This document shows, in pieces, positions 58,644 through 64,000 of a stretch of 64,000 nt of DNA (positions within the stretch are counted from its first letter, which is position 1; each line of letters opens with the position of its first letter). A program made the translations under genes and the position numbers. Origin of the DNA: Eledone cirrhosa (Eukaryota); NCBI GenBank assembly GCA_964016885.1, contig OZ024756.1, forward strand, positions 10,416,001-10,480,000. The letters are read 5' to 3'. A model generated the notes under the pieces. It searched no databases. It was not told the DNA's origin and was given only the letters and a program-made list of their open reading frames with translations.

Positions 58644-59478
58644 GCAAAGTTTTATTTAAATTGTTGGGTTACAACGAGTAAATATTTATAACTGATATAA
58701 AAGCACTCAACAAGTATTTGGAGTATATTTACGATATTAAATAAATGGAAACTATATTTATAAAACCATATTTATTTCATTATACATATTTCAGGGATAC
58801 CAAATTAAATCATGGTATGCCTTCATCAGACAAAATACAATATATAACAGTTTTACAAATAAGCTTTGACGTACCCTTTTAAAATGCAACCATTATTTTT
58901 GGAAGCCATCTGGATAGTGAATTGTTTATATTATTTTAATAAGTCTTAGTGTTAAGGACAATTAAAAAAAGACGGAGAGAAAGAAAAAAAGACGAAGAGA
59001 AAGAAAAAGAAAAAAACGTGGAGAAATATCGGAGAGAGAGAAATGCATGGAGAAAAAAGAGAGAGATAAATAAAGACAGGGGGAAAGAAAGAAAAAAGAA
59101 AAAAAGAAAAAAAGAAAAAAAAGAAAGAAAAAAGAAAAAGAAAAAAAGAAAAACGAAAAAGAAAAAAAGAAAAAAAGGAAGAAATAAGAAAAACAGAGGA
59201 AAGCAACAGAGAGATATCAAGTCATCAGACAGATAGAAAAACTCAAGAGAGAGAAATAATATATATAGAGAGGGGGAGATAATGAAAACTTTACGTCATG
59301 TTGAGTTAACAATTTATATGAAATGAATAATAAAAATATAAATATTAATATTCATGAATGGGACATAAATATATAATATGAGAAATTAAACAGTGTTTAA
59401 TAATGATTATATGTTTAGTTTAAAACTTGAGATCAATATACTAAAATTTGAGAAACCACTATCTTACGGCAAAGATAG

Positions 59479-59528
<50 letters not shown>

Positions 59529-61329
59529 GTCCTGAGAATAGAAATTATGTCTACTCAGGTCTACAATATAGACATACAAAACGCAAATGATTTCTCTTAA
59601 TCACTGCTATACATTCCTTGTGATATAAAAAGTTCACAGTATATATACATAAATATATACGATTAACATTCATGCCTTCATATATACGATTACCATTCAT
59701 GCATTTAACATTTTGTTAAAATTATGCATATCTACAATCAAAACTGCGTGGGTAGGCATGCACACACATAACTCTCACCCACACACATACATATATATAT
59801 ATATACACATACATATGTATAAATAAATATTTGCGTGCGTCTTCACCAATTGTTAGACCCGCATCACTCATGTACACATACAGACAGATATACAATCATA
59901 AAAAAACCTATAACACTTTTATATGCATGTTAATACACACATACACATCTGTATAGAGATAATCAAGTGTCAATATATTACTAAAGGATTATACTTTGGA
60001 AATATAACTATAACAATATAAATTTAAAATACCAAAGGATTATATTTTGGAAATACAATTATATCAGTATAGTCTAAAGGACAAACGAATTCTAGAGATA
60101 TCAAAACATTAAATATCTTCAAAAACACTATAGAGTATCTTAAGTTAACATAATATGTTTCATATATTTAGTATAGAAATTTATCCTACGTATATTTTAA
60201 TCAAGATATTGAAAGGGTAGACTTATGAAAATTATGAGAAGCTATCAGAATAAAAATAAAAATAAAAGTTAAATAAATATTATATCAATATAATTTAAAA
60301 ATTTAAAAACTTTAAAAAGTTTTTAAAAAGTTTAAAAAATTTAAAAATTTTAAAATTTTAAAAAAGCCTAGGATTCTACAGATATCCTTATATTTAGTAT
60401 AGAAATTTATCTTACGTATATTTTATTTAAGACATTGGAAGTATAAACATTTTAGAGTAGTTTATTATATCTATGTTTATATTTAGGAAGAAAATTTAAA
60501 AAGAAAAAGGTGAAGGAATGATTTATCAACAGGTTTCTAATGATTTATCAATAGGTTTCATATATTAACTAAATTACTTAATTACTTATACTACATTTTA
60601 AATTTATATTTATATTTAAACGTTGAGTTCAATCTCTGTCTGCAGCAACTGAATAAATTATTCCTTAAATTAAGGGAATTTTTGGACTTTAATATAAAGA
60701 ATATTTCTTCAATACAAAGATCATAATTTTCTGAAGAGGAATTAAAAAGAGTAGCTTTTTTAAATAATATTCCAAGTCATCGAATATTTAACATTATCTC
60801 GTTTAAGGTCCCATAGTAGGCTAAATAGCGAAGTTGAAGATTTTTTGTTTGGATCTGTGAAAGAATTTTTATGATTATTGAAGCGAAATTTAAATTCTGT
60901 AGAGGTAGAACCGACATAGTTAAATGAATTTAAATTAGTTTTAACATTACAATTATACACTACATTTTTAGCTAAGCAGTTGTTATTTAACGGACAGTTA
61001 GATTTATTTCTACAGTTACAGTTATTCAATTGAATATTGCTTGGGTTATTATTGGTATTTTGGTTAGGCTTCCAAAAATAATGGTTGCATTTTAAAAGGG
61101 TACGTCAAAGCTTATCTGTAAAACTGTTATATATTGCATTTTGTCTGATGAAGGCATACCATGATTTAATTTGGTATCCCCGAAATATGTATAATGAAAC
61201 AAATATGGTTTCACAAATACAGCTTCCATTCATTAATATCGCATATCTATTCCAAACACTTGTCGAGTGCATTATATCAGTCATAAAAATATCTACTTGT
61301 TGTATCCCAACAATTTTAAATAGAACCTT

Positions 61330-61335
<6 letters not shown>
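58644..61335 (-). mobile_element. Naiad-like PLE (family A): 3' pseudo-LTR, long 3' UTR, GIY-YIG remnant, inverted pseudo-LTR at 61068-61335
   Basis: ORF 60760-61029 NCNCRNK..CPL..NCL..NVVY...YVGST...FK.RFNNH; HHRs at 58773-58837 (-) and 61139-61199 (+); (TA)n on both sides. Confidence 0.88.
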
Positions 61336-61365
<30 letters not shown>

Positions 61366-61370
<5 letters not shown>

Positions 61371-61808
61371 TTCAACTATTAATAAAATAGATGTTCCTGC
61401 GATCAATCAAATTTTATTATACATATCTCAGAGGCACCCGAATCAAGTTAAATAGCACGTCCTCATCAGATAAAACAAAATGATACATGACATACACTGA
61501 CATGTCAAATAGTTCAGACTTAATCAAGGTAGTGACTACCTTGATTAAATCTTAACCATTCAACACGTCAGGGCATGTCATGTATCATTTTGTTTTGTTT
61601 TGTTTTATCTGATGAGGACGCACCATTGAAGTTGATTCAAGCACCTCCGAAACATGTATAACAAAATCCAACTGATCACAAGAACATCCATTTTATTAAT
61701 ATTTGAATTTAATATTAATAACTCTGGAAAATATTTCTCTGTAGAGTGCTTTCAATCTACTGTAAAACTCATTCTTTGATGTACTCATTGAATCTTGTTT
61801 AACTCTTT

Positions 61809-61812
<4 letters not shown>
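61366..61812. mobile_element. Fold-back pair of family B pseudo-LTRs with HHRs at 61411-61475 (-) and 61603-61667 (+)
   Basis: Inverted arms centred at ~61534 (TAATCAAGGTAG-TGA-CTACCTTGATTA); homologous to 24310-24665. Confidence 0.85.
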
Positions 61813-61855
<43 letters not shown>

Positions 61856-61858
<3 letters not shown>

Positions 61859-62320
61859 AAGTTTTATTTAAATTGTTGGGCTACAACGAGTAAATATTTA
61901 TAACTGATATAAAAGCACTCAACAAGTATTTGGAGCATATTTACGATATTAAATAAATGGAAACCACATCTACAAAACCACATCTACCTCATTATACATA
62001 TTTCAGGGTTATCACATTAAAAAATGTTATGCCCTCCTCAGACAAAACACAATATAAACAGTCTTACAAATAGATAGATTTGACATACCTTTCAACTTCA
62101 TCTTCCATTTAAAAAGTTGATTTGGTAGTGAAAAATGTTAGGGACAGTTATAAAAAGAAAGAAAGAAAGAAAGAAAAAAAGAAAGAAAGAAAAAACGAAG
62201 AAAAAGAAGAAATGCATGCAACTAAATAGAGAGAGATATATATAGAGAGATAGATAGAGAGAGGAATTCATGTAAAGAAACAGAGAGAGATATATAGAGA
62301 GAGGAAAAACACAGAGGGAT

Positions 62321-62361
<41 letters not shown>

Positions 62362-63595
62362 AAATAGAGAGAGATAGACAGAGATAGAGAGAAAGAAAAT
62401 AGGTAGTTGGGCACCAGTTGAATGACGTATCAATGATATATTTATTTATTTATTTATTCATTTAGTTCTAGTATTAATATAGAGAGAGATATATGTGGTT
62501 AGGAGAGAAAACAGCCGTTACATAGAGAGAAAAGAAAAATATCCAGACATAAACGAGGCAGATTTAAAACATTATGTTTCATCAATGTAAAAATATAAAT
62601 TCGTATGAATCAGGCATTATAATGTAAATATCAGTATTCATGAATGAGACACGTATCAATAATGTGTGAAAAATAATGATCATATGTCTAGTTTAAAAAT
62701 TCCTAGGTTTATATTAGAGTTGAGATAAAATAGGTTATCCCAGATTCGATACTATAGACATCCATGTGAATTTACGTGATCAACTCTGCAAATTCCTATT
62801 TCACACGAAAACATTCTCATTGTGCTATAAAATTCTAGTATACATATATGTGTACATACACACAAATATATATAGAGTCTACATTAATTTTAACAATACT
62901 ATTCTTGTCTTTACTCTACATGATTATCGTTCAAGCATAAATAAAAAACAGATATCAATATATCAATAAAAATATCAGAAATAAAAAATAAAAAAATATA
63001 AAAATATTAAAAATAAAAATATTAAAAATATTAAAAATATTAAAAATAAAAAATAAAACATAGTATGCCCCGCAAATCAACCACAGAGATCAACCCTTCA
63101 AGGTTAATTGACAATATATTTTCTTTCTTTCCTCCTGTCTTTATTTATCTCTCTCTTTTTTCTCCATGCATTTCTCTCTCTCCGATATTTCTCCACGTTT
63201 TTTCTTTTTCTTTTTTCTCTCCCTCCGTCTTTTTTCTTTCTCTCCGTCTTTTTTTAATTGTCCTTAACACTAAGACTTATTAAAATAATATTAAAATAAT
63301 ATAAACAATTGACTGCTAGCGTAAACCTCTTCAAATGAAGTTGATGTTTATTACGGTATGTCGAATATATTTATCTATAAAACTGTTTATATTGTATTTT
63401 GTCTGATGAAGGCATAGCATATTGTTAATATGATATCCCCGAAATATATATAATGAAATAAATATGGTTTTATAAATATAGTTTTCCATTTATTTAATAT
63501 TGTAAATATACTCCAAATATTTGTCGAGTGCTTTTATATCAGTTATAAATATTTACTAGTTGTAACCCAACAATTTTAAATATAACTTTACATAT
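61856..63595 (-). mobile_element. Non-coding family A PLE remnant with inverted pseudo-LTRs; HHRs at 61987-62047 (-) and 63395-63460 (+)
   Basis: 61856-62100 aligns with 58644-58880; 63120-63595 is a reverse-complement homologue of 58644-59095. Confidence 0.82.

Positions 63596-64000
<405 letters not shown>

Noticed and set aside
58949-59236. Lys/Arg-rich protamine-like ORF
   Set aside because: Purine-rich low-complexity tract of the PLE 3' UTR, repeated in reverse at 63120-63280.

Overview
AT-rich animal genomic DNA with no recognisable host gene. The repeat inventory resembles a coleoid cephalopod (octopus-like); this is an inference only. Contents: a ~15.6-kb 37-bp satellite (7149-22724), 50-bp and 28-bp minisatellites, long (TA)n-derived arrays, decayed RTE and R4/Dong-type LINEs, four tRNA-derived SINEs with RTE-derived tails, and many Penelope-like element (PLE) pieces, one with an uninterrupted RT+GIY-YIG frame (51054-52937). 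By eye I find about 20 hammerhead ribozyme (HHR) motifs (CUGANGA...GAAA...UH with pairing stems), mostly in PLE pseudo-LTRs next to (TA)n. Two items stand out. (1) A nested ~1-kb fold-back (61068-62100) whose four arms all carry clustered T>C changes on the + strand, polarised by unedited copies in the same window. This is the pattern expected if an ADAR-hyper-edited RNA was reverse-transcribed into the genome. (2) A non-coding 471-bp, terminally redundant element with a canonical GUC-cleaving hammerhead (57838-58481), resembling a retrozyme copied from a circular or multimeric RNA. All alignments, folds and counts were done by hand; boundaries are approximate.
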